Of a DNA stretch of 64,000 nt, positions 49,345 through 64,000 are shown one piece after another. Position numbers and translations under genes: made by a program. A model generated the notes under the pieces. The model did not search any database, had not been told where the DNA came from, and saw only the letters and a list, made by a program, of their open reading frames with translations. Source of the DNA: Podarcis liolepis (lineage: Eukaryota); NCBI GenBank assembly GCA_965112155.1, contig OZ218098.1; one strand, 5' to 3'. The stretch's first letter is position 1. Each line of letters begins with the position of its first letter.

Positions 49345-51689
49345 ACTAACTTTATACTTAAAGCTTTTTATTTTTAATGGAAAAATAAAGACAACGCTTT
49401 AAAAAGTAATGTTTACTTAGAAACATGTTTCTTCATGTAAATTATGCAAGGCGGCAATAAGAAAATATTTTACATAAATATCACTTGCATCGGAGCGGGA
49501 AAACTGCTATTCCTTCATAGCTGTTTTAAGTACTGTGACACTTTCCCACCTCTATACCAGTATGTAGCTGAGTGCGAAACATGATGCGCTACCAATCCAT
49601 GTACGGCAAACTATGCAATTGGCATGAGCAAGTTAACCGTACTTGCAGTTTCTCAAACAGGAAGCCAAATATGCAATGGTTTTTTTTCTTTTCCTCCTCA
49701 ACATTAGCAAAATACATATTTAAATTCTTTTCTATAAGCAGAGTCCCAAACACGCTGACAGCAGGAAGTCATAGCATTTTACATTCTCCTTCCCCAACAC
49801 TTACTGCTCTGGAATTTCCTGGACGTTTCACTGCACTCTACCTTAAGCTATATAACTAGACAAAATTAGTAAGAATATTTTTTCATTAAGAAGTGATCAC
49901 CATAAAGGAGGGATGATTCATTTTGTTGCGCCTGAGAGTATTCAGAATGCATCGTTGTACAACCCTGTACTGTTTGATTTCATCCCCCATACTCTGTCAA
50001 TTGGGGGAGGGGGGAGAGAAGGAAAAATCAGTGAAAATGGCTTCTCTCCAATCAGCAGAGTTCCCTTATAGGAGTGGCAGTTCCAAGCCACTATACTGTG
50101 AAGCCAACCTTTTACTTGCAAGTAGAGCAAACTGTTACACAAGCGCCATAGAAATCAGTAAGACCTAAGGATAACAACATGCCTGCTATATTCGTTCTTA
50201 TTTCTTAATTTGCATAGTAGAGGCTAATTTCACAAATAAAAGGCCAATCTTGAATTACCACCACCACTATATATTGTTAAGTATTCCACTTCTGTGCTGT
50301 TACAGATCTTTGACAGCTCCTTTCTTTTGTTGCTGTGATTATACATATATTAAAAAGGAAGCACCACACTAGAGTACTTAACTTAACCAGTAACACTGTG
50401 TGAGATCAGTAATGTGTTGGCTGTACAGAGCATTTTTAAAAAACAGAAAAAATACTAGTGCACGCTAGAAGACAAGGTTTAATAAGTGATAAAAATGTAC
50501 AAAAATATTCAAATCAGAAAGATTTTAGAGTCTGTACCACAGTAGTCAATACTCCTCAATGTATAGGGCTGATAGTTTTAATCAAAGGCTGGTCAGAATC
50601 TATTCAGTACAAAGGAAAAAGAACAGAATAAAAGGAGACCAGGTTTTCAACATTAGGTCAACATCTTTCAAAAGAAAAGTATTACGTTAACATTGATTTT
50701 CTAGACAAGAGTATTGCAACTGCTTTCCAAAACTTGGTGGTACATTCTTCGGAAGTCCTTAAGGCAACATATTGCATCAATTTAGTCTGATTTTACTATT
50801 TTCTGTAACATTAAGATTAATGCTGAAATAATACCCTTTGCCAATTTGGTTTTTTTCTTTGTACATATACCAGGTTCTTCTCTAATAAAAAATGGCAGCT
50901 ATGTTATTACATCAGCATACCTTACAGCCTTGAAAATTAAGGGCCTATTAGGATTTCCATTAATTAATCTATTTTTCAGTTTTAAAACTTGACACTAAAA
51001 ATTCACTTCAGGGTGAAACTCGATATACATTTCAACCTAAAGTCAAAATTCAATAGAAACCACCTAAAACATCATTTTGGCCAGCAAGGTAATACACAAA
51101 AACCCAATAATGGATTCTGGACTACCATAAATGAAGAAAAAATATTTTCCCCTCTTCTTCCTTTCCCTCCACTTGCAAAATAAAAAAGTAATTAAAAAAA
51201 CCCAACAGAAGTGGAGCCCAAGAAAATTATAGGAGCATCTTTCTGAACAGAACATGTGCACCCCTTACCCACCCCCAGACCTTATTTGACAAGAAAAAAC
51301 AAGTTTAGGCTTTCATAGCAAGAGCTGTTTTATAGACACAAGAGGCCCGAAAGGCTCAAGTACTTTTCCAAGCCGCTATTGAAAGGGCTCAAAAATAAAA
51401 AGATTTTCTGTTCATCCTAATGTGCTCTTTGAAGAATGCCAAGGTGCATGGGGTATATATACAGGCTGCCTAGCTTATTAGAAGCAGAACTTCAGCTTGA
51501 ATTCTGAATGTTCACCGTCTTTGACAATTTGCTGCCAGGCACACAATAATATTATTTGAAATATTTAGTTATGCAGTAGAACTGAAAAGCCATTGCTATG
51601 CCAATGGAACATTGGAATCCATTTCCTGAAATGAATCATCTATATTTCTTATTAAATCACATTGTAAACATATTTGGTATAAATACTTT
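49345..51689 (-). other. PRPF40A: PRPF40A 3'UTR (end approximate)
   Basis: AU-rich sequence downstream of the TAA at 51690-51692 on minus, running to the polyA signals. Confidence 0.6.
49367..49378 (-). terminator. Probable distal polyadenylation signals of PRPF40A
   Basis: plus-strand TTTATT (49367-49372) and TTTAAT (49373-49378) read AATAAA and ATTAAA on minus; another ATTAAA on minus at 50478-50483. Confidence 0.5.
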
Positions 51690-51848
<159 letters not shown>

Positions 51849-52747
51849 TTACTTTGAACATTTCAGTATTTATTAAGAAGTGCAGTTTGGCCATCACTAG
51901 ACAACCTAAGATTTCATACTAAAAATCACTTGAAACTCTCAAACTATACAATTTTAGCACCACTGGTAAATTACAGGCCTCAGGCCTATCTACTGAGCAA
52001 ATTCAAATAACTACTTTTAAGTGCACCCAATCTATTTTTTTTAATTACTTTTTCATTTGAGTGGCTGGCACTGCTCCCTCAAGAAAAGTCAAACTTGATC
52101 AAGGACATTGTGTAACTTTAGTAGTGCACAACAGTAGTGGGCAGACAGTAACTTTAGTGGTGCACAACATACTGAGAACAAAGGAGAAGGATGCACTCTT
52201 CCAGGTTACGATGCTACGGCAATGTTATCTAAAGTTATATGCTGCCCTTTTAATCCACATTCAGGAAGTCAAATGTAAGGAGAGAATAAATGACATGTTT
52301 CAGCTCTATGAACAGAAATCCCATATAAAATGTTGATCTTGAGGAATCTGATCTTTCTGAAGTTGAAAGTAACTTAATCTGAACTCCAAACAAACACGGG
52401 AGTCTCTTGTGCCCTTTTCACATAAAAGCTATGTCCAAACTGATTTAGGTCTAGGGGGCTAAATCCTAGTGTTACATCTTCGAAAAGGAGTTGGATGAAC
52501 TCATCAGATGTCTCAATAATCGCAGGGAGGAAGGGGAATTGCTCATACTGTATTCTAAATCCTAACTGGACTTCCAGAACAGAGTTCAGCTTAGTGCAAA
52601 GCCAAGTGGCTTGATCATTTTGCTGTTCTCAGTGGATTTTCAATAGTACTGTTAACTTGAAGGTACTGAGTTAACTACACATCACCACCTTGAGTAAATA
52701 CATATAGTATCAGTGGCTGGTGGTCACTGTAAATTCTAAGGCTTATA

Positions 52748-52988
52748 CAGTGGTACCTTGGGTTACATACGCTTCAGGTTACATACGCTTCTGGTTAGAC
52801 TCTGCTAACCCAGAAATATTACCTCGGGTTAAGAACTTTGCTTCAGGATAACAACAGAAATTGTGCTCCGACAGCACGGCAGCAGCAGGAGGGCCCCATT
52901 AGCTAAAGTGGTGCTTCAGGTTAAGGACAGTTTCAGGTTAAGAACAGACCTCCGGAATGAATTAAGTTCTTAACCCGAGGTAGCACTG
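52748..52988. mobile_element. Tc1/mariner MITE, family A, opposite orientation
   Basis: reverse complement of 25838-26063; TA TSD. Confidence 0.88.
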
Positions 52989-53684
52989 TACAAGAGATGT
53001 GTATTAGCTAGAAACAGTTCTGGAGACCAAATAATAGTTTGTTATGCTTGAACCACAATAACTTCGTCCCATTAAGCCATTATGATCCACAGTTGCCACT
53101 CTATTGAGAATTAGCAGAGCCAGTCTATATTGTAATTGGGCCAGGCAGAAGCAAAACTTAAATGTGGATCATTAAATTCTTGCATTTAGGTCTTCAGCTA
53201 CAGCTAATAAGCTCTCAGGAAATTTTGTGGATGAAGAGAAGATATAATGTTACACTTTAGTCCATGCTTCCTTATACAAGCCTGGTGTTTAAAGGAAGGA
53301 TATAAACTTGAAAGGCCAAAACAAAACTACAGCTATACAAAATGACCTCTTGGGCCAATGTGTGGATCAGTTATCCACCAATTTGTTCTTTTCCAAATGT
53401 TGTGATAGTTTTGGCAGCTTATGTATCAAAATACATCTGTGGCTGTCCAGATAATGGAATATAGCTCCCATCACTGCAGATGACTGGCCATGCTGGCTGG
53501 GCTGATTGGCATCCAACATCATCTGGAGGGCCCCAGGTTTTTTTTAAATTGCAGCATAACTATTATGGGTAAAAAACAAGCAACAGTGACACCGATCAGA
53601 AATAGCAGATCCTTCCACCCTTAGACCACACAACCACTAATCTACTGGTAAGATAGTTAACACAATAAAGCCAAGCAAACTCAC

Positions 53685-53813
53685 AGAATCTTTGCCAGGT
53701 CGCTTTTTAGGAGGTGATTTATGCTTAGATTCCGATCTTTGCCTACTTCTTTCCTTTTCATTTTCTCTCTCCTTTTTGTCTTTTTCTCGATCCACATCCG
53801 ATTCTGGAGAATC
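53685..53813 (-). CDS. PRPF40A: PRPF40A coding exon (charged tail)
   Basis: tacag|GAT TCT...GAT TCT|gtgagt; 129 nt; [43 protein letters not shown]. Confidence 0.94.
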
Positions 53814-54546
53814 CTGTACAGAGTAAAATAAACAGTGTAAATCAAGGATGCACAGAGAATACACTGTAGAAGGGTGGGGCCAATGGGAATCTACTTCTAG
53901 TTCCACAAGAGTCTTTCTATATCCCAAGCCTGTGTTCCAATCAATTCTCTTTACCACACAACAGTCTGGGGAAGACAGGCAGGCATTTCAACCTGGGTCT
54001 TCCATGTTCAAAATACCAACTTTCAAAATCATGACTGACCTAGCTCTTACTCATGCCAACTGGCTGCAAGTCTTAACTGGTATGGGGGGACTTGTCTACC
54101 TGCAAGGCTTCTAAACTGTACATCATATTCATAGCACAGAAATTATGTGCAAGTTTCCTGCTTGGCAGGGGGTTGGACTCGATGGCCCTTGTGGTCTCTT
54201 CCAACTCTATGATTCTATGATTCACAACAAACTGGATTCAGACTTTCTGGCTCAGGAGAAGTATCTAGCAGCTTGTGAGCTTTCAGGAGGGGAAACTTCC
54301 GTGATACAGAATGCTTTAACTTTCCAGAATTCAGTTAGGAAGGAAGACAACAACTACTTTTTAGGGATTTTTTAAAAGAAAAAAATGGCTGTACCAAATG
54401 TACAGTCTCACAATTCACATACAAATAATAAAATAGCACACTGTTGTTCAATTTTATTAAGTGCACCTTAATTCTTTGTTTTGCAGATAGATACAAGAAA
54501 TTGAGTGGGGTAGGGGGAGAACAGAGCCAAACTAAGGTATACTCAC

Positions 54547-54608
54547 AGACTTGTGTCTCCTCTTTTTGTTCTTCTTTTTGTGTTTCTTTGATTTCTTGTA
54601 GCTTCTCT
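54547..54608 (-). CDS. PRPF40A: PRPF40A coding exon (K-rich)
   Basis: aatag|AG AGA AGC...AAG TCT|gtgagt; 62 nt; ERSYKKSKKHKKKNKKRRHKS. Confidence 0.92.
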
Positions 54609-54701
54609 CTATTAATGCATTAAAATTAAATAGGTATCAGGGTTATTTAAGTTGATAACAGCTAAATCTCTATTTTGTTAGGTAAATTTTTTTTAAAGTA
54701 C

Positions 54702-54798
54702 CAGATTCTGCGCTGGAGGAGCGTTCGGAGACTGATCGAGAGTCTGAGCGTTGCCTCTTTTTCTTTGAATGACTGTCATCATCCTCAGATTCTGAACC
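54702..54798 (-). CDS. PRPF40A: PRPF40A coding exon (RS-like)
   Basis: ttaaag|GGT TCA...GAA TCT G|gtactt; 97 nt; [32 protein letters not shown]. Confidence 0.92.
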
Positions 54799-54886
54799 CT
54801 TTAAAGCAAGAGTATTTGACATGTAACATTAGTTATTAAAGGCTGGGTGGTAAAAAGAACCAACTGAATACTGCACTCTAGCTTAC

Positions 54887-54973
54887 CGAACGAGAGCGAG
54901 ACCTTTTTCTGTGATGTTTTTTTGATTTTTTAGAATGCTTCTTGTTCTTTGAATGATGGTGTTGACACTCATG
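54887..54973 (-). CDS. PRPF40A: PRPF40A coding exon
   Basis: ctgcag|CAT GAG...CGT TCG|gtaagc; 87 nt; [29 protein letters not shown]. Confidence 0.94.
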
Positions 54974-55899
54974 CTGCAGCATTGAAAGAATAAAAATTAC
55001 TCATTTGAAAGAGTAAGCATGCGTTTTGTTACACAAATACAGTATGTATAGCGTATCTCTTTAAGTCTCTATTCTGAAATACTTCCTCTATATACTTTTA
55101 TTTTGAAACTGCACTGCATGCCTTTTTGGACACTGGCTTTTACTGGCTTTGCAAAGCCACACTTGTTCATACTCTTCCATCTTCTTAACAGCAAATGAGA
55201 TTTTGGAAACATAGGACACTTCTTGCAAAGAAAGATGTTTGGGATGTATGAATTACAACATTTAAAGAGCAGTTACAACAGTTGGAGGGCTGACATCTTC
55301 ATGTAATCCTTCCTGATGATGAATACACTACCAGTGTTTAGGTTATTAAAAATAGAATCTAATGAAAAGGATGATGCCAACCGTTAAAATTAATTACAGA
55401 TCACTCTCAGACAGGAAGCTAATGTCCCCATAAATATATTCTACAAAGCTATGCTTTCAATAGCATAGCAAATGCTGACACCTACTGCTAAATATTTTAG
55501 GGACAGCATCCTTCTGTTATTTGGACCCCAGATGAAGCCTGAATGAAATTGATCCAAGCTGGGCTGCCATCACCCTTTCAAGCACCTTGCCACAGTATTC
55601 CCCAGTCAGTGATAGTTGTTAAATAAATAACTTGGTCCGGTGATGCCCCCTGAAGGATGGCTGGAACTTGCTCCTGCCCCAGTGAGACATTATTCTCTTT
55701 CGACCCACCCAGCTAATCCCCTTCGGCCCACTCTAATAAGCAAGCTGGCTCCCACCCACCAGGCTCCAACAGATTTTCACTAAGAGATACAGGAAGAAAA
55801 GGTTCTCCACTTCTATTTTAGGGGATCAGTTTAATAAGTTAAGTTTTTAAAAATCTGTTTCAAATCTATCAGACAATTCTCTTATCATAGTATCGTTAC

Positions 55900-55995
55900 C
55901 TCTAGTAAATAAATGAAATCTTTAAATATTCTTTTTCTTTCTGATTCTAAAGTGATGTCTTCAAATGCTGGTTCTTTCACAAACCTTTCCCGAAT
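55900..55995 (-). CDS. PRPF40A: PRPF40A coding exon (FF domain)
   Basis: ctatag|ATT CGG...CTA GAG|gtaacg; 96 nt; [32 protein letters not shown]. Confidence 0.94.
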
Positions 55996-56314
55996 CTATA
56001 GATAAGAGAAGAATTATGTATACAGTTTAGCCAGCAACTTCAATTTATAAAATAAAAATGTTCTGTATAGAAATTACTTTGGTTTTTTTAAAAAGAAAGA
56101 TTATGGCTCAATAGAGTATTAGTTAAAAGTATTGTGTTCATAAAAACCAGTTCAAATAATGATGAAACACACTCCTGCTGGTATTCTTAGCGTAGCTGAA
56201 TCTTAGCCAAGAGCCAGTGGTAAAGGCAGAAACATGAGGTGCTTTATGTACGATGCTTATAAAGGTTAAGAATTTAGACCCCACATCAATTTTCTTCAGA
56301 AATGCCTTCCAGTA

Positions 56315-56524
56315 CAGTGGTGCCTCGCAAGACGAAATTAATCCATTCTGCGAGTCTCTTCGTCTTGCGGTTTTTTCGTCTTGCGAAGCACGGCTATTAG
56401 CGGCTTAAAGAAAAAGGAAACAAACTCGCAAGAACTTGCAAGACCATAGGGAAATTCGTCTTGCGGAACTAAAAAAACGGAACTCTTTCGTCTTGCGCGT
56501 TTTTCGTCTTGCGAGGTACCACTG
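56315..56524. mobile_element. Tc1/mariner MITE, family B, shorter variant
   Basis: same TIRs, TA TSD, 210 bp. Confidence 0.88.
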
Positions 56525-56922
56525 TATTCTCACTGAACATAATCCAAAGCTTTTCCAATCATCAAATATTCATACTGTGCCAAGTGGGATTAATTCTTCC
56601 TTGACTTCTAGAAGAGTACCCTGTATAAAAACCTGTCTGATCCATGTTTGGAGCATCTGATGCCACAATTTTAAATGTGAGAAAACATTCAAAAGTGTAT
56701 TTCATTCCAAAATGTATCTATTATCTCTGCTCTTAAACAGGACCTTTTTGCATCCTCTTGGGAAGACACCCCACTGCCCCACCCCATGACCACTTGAGTT
56801 AAAATCCTTCAATTTATTTCCCTGCAAGCACTTCACCTATTTTATTATTCCATTTACAGTCTTTCTAATTTCATTTAAAAGAAATTTTACTTAGATCGAT
56901 ACATTTAACTATTATTGGTTTA

Positions 56923-57195
<273 letters not shown>

Positions 57196-57616
57196 CTACA
57201 TCAAAACAAAACCAAGTGACCATCCAATGTAAGGGCAATGGAAAAAAGGGAAAACAATCAAATCCCATTTTGCAAGGGAGTACTTTTCTCATTATTTGCT
57301 GTGCATGTGTCACATATAATGGTGGTTCAGACGCACCACCAAATCATGTGATTGAACCTAATGTGAACCATTCATTCATGAGTAGAACAGACTTCCCACT
57401 CACTATGTAGGACTTTGCCTTCCTCTCTTTTCACTTGTGCACCACCAGAATCCCCTCTGGGGAGTCCCTCAATCATCTGGAGCTGATTTGGGGTGTGTGT
57501 GTAGGAAGGAGCAGAGGAAGTCATGTTACATGAGTGGAGGTCTTTTCATGCAACATTTGGCACCACCCATAATTTAGATTCTATAAATGACTAACAGAGC
57601 AAATTCTGATACATCA

Positions 57617-57997
<381 letters not shown>

Positions 57998-58037
57998 TTA
58001 CAACATGACAGTGTGGAATCCCAGCTCAAGGTATCTA

Positions 58038-58208
<171 letters not shown>

Positions 58209-58319
58209 CTACATTGGTCAAAACCTCCCGCTAACCCAAGAGTTGCATTTCTTATTACATTAGTAACCCTGCTTTTATCTACCAAAAATGCACAAGCATT
58301 ACCTCCATCTTATTTTCTA

Positions 58320-58589
<270 letters not shown>

Positions 58590-58902
58590 CTAACATACCC
58601 CTAGGACTGCAATACTAATAATGTCTACTCAGAAATTAAGTCTCACTGAATTAGTGGCACTTACTACCAGCTAAGTGGAGTTTGGACTGCAGTCTAAAGT
58701 AGGGGTGGCTAACCTGTGCTCCCTGATGATGCTGGACTACAACTCCCATCATCCCTGACCATGGGCCATACTGTGACAGACATGCCAGATGATGATGAAT
58801 CAGAAATAAATTTACTTCAGGTAAATCAGACTATGGTGAAGCCATAAAATGTTGACCTGCAAGATCTTTTAGTATTTATCTACATTCATTATTTGCACAT
58901 TA

Positions 58903-59241
<339 letters not shown>

Positions 59242-60306
59242 TCAGTAGGTAGGAGGTGAGGGGGGCTGAGAGGAAGGGAGAATCTTTTTGTGCCTGTTGA
59301 CACAACTGGATCTTCCCCAATGCTGAGGTAAGCCCTTCTTAAAAAATCTGGTTCGTGCTTTTGGCAAAGCTTTTGCTTTGTTTCTCATGTAAGTTTTATA
59401 AAGTCTCAGAGGAAACCATAGCCCTCTCTTTAGATGTTACATTATCAGGGGAAAAAAGAAGGAACAGGCATGGGGCAAATGTGCTAACCCGACCCGCGCA
59501 TCATTCTCATCAGCATCCATGTTCTGGAGGGCAACTGCCTGAAGATTGGAGCCACTTGTGCACAGGGAGCCTCCAGGAGTACAGCAGGCTTCTGACATCA
59601 GACAAGTGTCTTTCAACATCCTTGCCTGCCTCAACATTTTTAATGGCAATTTCTCACTACAAGAGCAATCTGTAGCAAGCCTCAGAAACATGCACTCCCT
59701 TCCTTCATTTCTGCTATACCAATGACAAGCTTTTGATTTTAAAGTAACAGGAGCTTTCAATGATTTCCAAACCCAAGATACCCAAGTGCTTTGCTTATAT
59801 TCATGTTATCTATCTATCTATCTATGTAATATAATATATAAATATATATATACATATGTGCACGGACACACACCCCACCCAAACAAAATATTAACAAAAA
59901 ATACTGCTAAACCATATAAAGGAAAATAAACTGATTAGGTCTGAATTGGATCAAAGTCTGTGCAGTGCTGGCTCCTGCATTCTCCACCAAGAGCAATGTG
60001 AGTTGGGAAATCTTGGCTGCCAAAGGTAACAATGCTGTTTTATCAGGCACACCACCTCTAAACTGGAGCAAGCTAGATTGAAGGTTAAAGATCCGAGTTG
60101 CTGTTGCCATCAGATCATCACTAAGATCAAATTCTGACAATAAAGGAACAAGGATATTTTGAGTTGTATTTAACTAAATGTTTGTGCTAGTGCAATGGGA
60201 TAATCCTTCCTCATGCTGTCCCCAAGTCTGCTCCGGAGTGGGAAGAAGGCCTGGAGCAGATTTAGGAGGCACAGAGGGGAAGGAGAGGGGGGAAACTTTA
60301 GCACTA

Positions 60307-60492
<186 letters not shown>

Positions 60493-60851
60493 TTAAATGA
60501 TACATTTAATGGCATTTGTTTTGCTAAAATGCTCGGTATCAAACATTACCAACAGATTATTAAGAGGCGGCATTTTGTAGCAAATCCGCCAGTCTGAAGC
60601 AACTGCATAAATTCATCACTGAAGAAGAAAGAGACATCACACTACTTTTCATTGCCAGGATGCGTGCATAATTCTGGATAGACTAGAAGACTATCTTCAA
60701 GAAATGCCTATGGTGTAACCACCACATCAAGCTTTTGCTCTATTGTGTTCAGGACTAAATTAAGTAGTGCCACATTAAGGAAAAGACATTGTCATTTATA
60801 GAAATCTAGATACGATATTTTTTAAAATGTAGAGGAAGACAGATTTATCTA

Positions 60852-61085
<234 letters not shown>

Positions 61086-61741
61086 TCAGCCAACATCCCA
61101 ATCCTTGCCAAATGTGTGATAACCAAGAGAGTACAAAATGTGTAATCATACATAACTCATGTTTAATATTACAAAATCATTCCAGCTTGCAAAGCTAAAA
61201 TAAAAGAACTAATGTGTTAACAATATAGATTTTTTTTAAAAAAGTTATATGTGTTGTATTCCATCTTCTGCCATTGCTTTGATGAAAGGTTTTTGTATTT
61301 TTAGAACACACAGCAATGGATCCCTTCCTTGCTTGCATCCATTCCCAATACATATTTTGCCAACAGTCTCAGTGACAACTTCTCACACACTGCAGTCTTT
61401 GTACAAATGCAGAGGCAACCGTGGTTTGTATCTAGACTTTCAAATTGGTGCAGAGTCAGAGTTTCACTCACAACAGAAAAGGGGAGGGAACAGACTTCTG
61501 CCAGGTCCTCCTCCTCCATATAAATCTGCACCAGACAGGAGGCATGGGCAGCAGAAGTAGAATTTTGAGAACATCACCTTGCAACAGTGACTTTGCACAA
61601 ATTGTTATTCCCCATAGCACAGTATTTGAAACAGTATTTTAAAGTGTTGTTTTTTAATTCACATTCCCCTCTTAAGTCAACCCAAGCTCAAGTTTTAAAT
61701 TTTGAACTGCACAACTAGTATTATGCATTAGATTTATCTTA

Positions 61742-61936
<195 letters not shown>

Positions 61937-62269
61937 TTATTGATAAATGCAGTATCAACTACAACTGATCATTTTACGAAGATTCCTTTTAACACTGCAC
62001 ACAGGGGGAGAGTTTCAAAGTATTTAGTAAACAACTGCTTCCCCTCAAAAAAACAACAACAGCCCAGTTTTAAAAAACCATTCAGGAGAATAACAAGTTA
62101 AATTTGTTTATTTATTTAAAATATATACATAGCTTGTTTTTTTTACATGTGTCTCAAAGTGGCATATGAAGAAAAAAAACATACAACACACAATTTTAAA
62201 AAGATTTAAAATATCAGAAAATAGGAACATTAGGGCAGCATTCAAACCATGAGCTCACTTGAGCAGTCA

Positions 62270-62401
<132 letters not shown>

Positions 62402-62805
62402 CTATGAAGACATGAAGTAAATCATGTAACTCCTCCAATCAGTACTTCTGTTTGTGCAATGGTAGCTTTAGGGATGCTAGCTAAGGTAAGAATGGATGCA
62501 TCTAAACTGTGCAGTGGGGCATAGTTGTCAAATGCACTGAATCAGATTATTTGGTGGCAAAAGTGGGTAAATATTCTGCTTGGTATGTTTTTATTATAAA
62601 AATAAAAGAATATTTGTACAAAGGACTGTCACATTTCTTTGCTTTTCCTGTAAAAATGATAAAACTACCATAAAACTAGGAAATGATAAATTTTGTACAT
62701 AAGACATTTTCTATCTTCATGAGTATTTTTAGCCTTCTCATAATTTACTTACACTTCTAGAAATGGTGCATCAATCAGTTCGTTCATGAAAACAAACTAT
62801 GGTTA

Positions 62806-62980
62806 ACAGATTCAGGTAGGTAGCCATGCTGGTCTGATGCAGTCGAAATATATTTAAATATTGTCCAGTAGCACCTTAGAGACCAACTAAGTTTGTTCTT
62901 GGTATAAGCTTTCGTGTGCATGCACACTTCTTCAGATACACTGAAACAGAAGGTGCTACTGGACAATTTTTTAATTTTTT
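62806..62980 (-). mobile_element. Penelope-like element remnant with a short inverted terminal segment
   Basis: close match to the 37.7 kb element; 18-bp inverted repeat 62860-62877 / 62950-62967; boundaries approximate. Confidence 0.7.
62902..62939 (-). ncRNA. Minimal type I hammerhead ribozyme motif (Penelope-type), sense to PRPF40A
   Basis: minus strand GUAU-CUGAAGA-A-GUGUGC(AU)GCACAC-GAA-AGCU-U-AUAC. Confidence 0.65.
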
Positions 62981-63623
62981 TAAACAGTTATCAGATTACT
63001 ATTAACACACCAATCTGGACTGCTTTGTTTCTTCCTATAGCATACAGAGGAAACAAACCACAATCTGATTGAAACATAGCACTAAGCCAGGGTTTGTCAT
63101 TTGCTTTGCCCTTAGTGCTAGTAAAGAGAAGCAAAGCATGCATGATTGGCTTGTATATGATTTAGCCTTTGTTTATGGCTTATCATGAGTAAATATGGCT
63201 AGTGTTGCATTCCTTATTTTCTAATTTTTTTTGATAGGGCGGTAAGCTAATTAAACATAGGGCTTTGTCCTTTTGATTCTGCAGTGATGTTTCATTAGTA
63301 ACATTTGGGATGTAATACCACTTAATAAAGCAACATCTGACTCTTCAGAGTGAGAATTTACAAAGAGTAAGCAGATAATTGAAGTTTTTAAACACAACCG
63401 TTTTTCCTTCTCTTCATTCCACCCCCGCCCCCCCCCCCCGGGCCAATTCTGCAAATGTGGAACTGTTGTGCCACCAGAATGCTCTTTTCACATAAAAATT
63501 TCATTTGTCTTTCCTTCTTTGGTCTCACTGCCCCCCCCCCCGCAAAAGACCTAAACAAATGTAAGAATTTTTCACCAATACTGGAGCATGATGTGAAAGT
63601 TTATACCAAGTACATTTTGGCTA

Positions 63624-63872
<249 letters not shown>

Positions 63873-64000
63873 TTAAAGAACAGCATGCCGCTTTAGCAAA
63901 AACCAGTGCTAATTAAATGTAAGAGACACTAAGAGTGGGAACTGTAAACAATAGAGCTAATGTCTCCCAGGAAGTGACAGCATACACAGATGAACCCAAA

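Overview
Vertebrate genomic DNA from a squamate, most likely a lacertid lizard given the Sauria-SINE and MITE repertoire. It holds the 3' parts of two tail-to-tail genes. FMNL2 (formin-like 2) is on the + strand: 19 internal coding exons from 1681 to 40736 (GBD/FH3, polyproline FH1, FH2, DAD), two alternative C-terminal exons (41997-42088 ending FHY*, 46355-46464 ending IAM*), and a 3'UTR to about 48800. PRPF40A (FBP11/HYPA) is on the - strand: the last 16 coding exons from 63864 to 51690 (FF repeats, RS/K-rich tail) and a 3'UTR to about 49350. I read exon boundaries from splice signals and checked that phase is continuous through both genes. Introns carry Sauria SINEs, hAT and Tc1/mariner MITEs with intact target-site duplications, LINE fragments, microsatellites and a 172-N gap. 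The main finding is a Penelope-like foldback element inserted at an FMNL2 5' splice site. It duplicated the donor (AAG|GTAAACAGAA twice), forms a 97-bp near-perfect hairpin and carries a minimal type I hammerhead ribozyme motif. A second hammerhead-bearing copy lies sense within a PRPF40A intron. Other points are a GC-AG intron in FMNL2 and an RBFOX motif cluster around the alternative C-terminal exon. Gene and repeat-family names come from recognition, not database searches. Exon numbers follow my recollection of human FMNL2.
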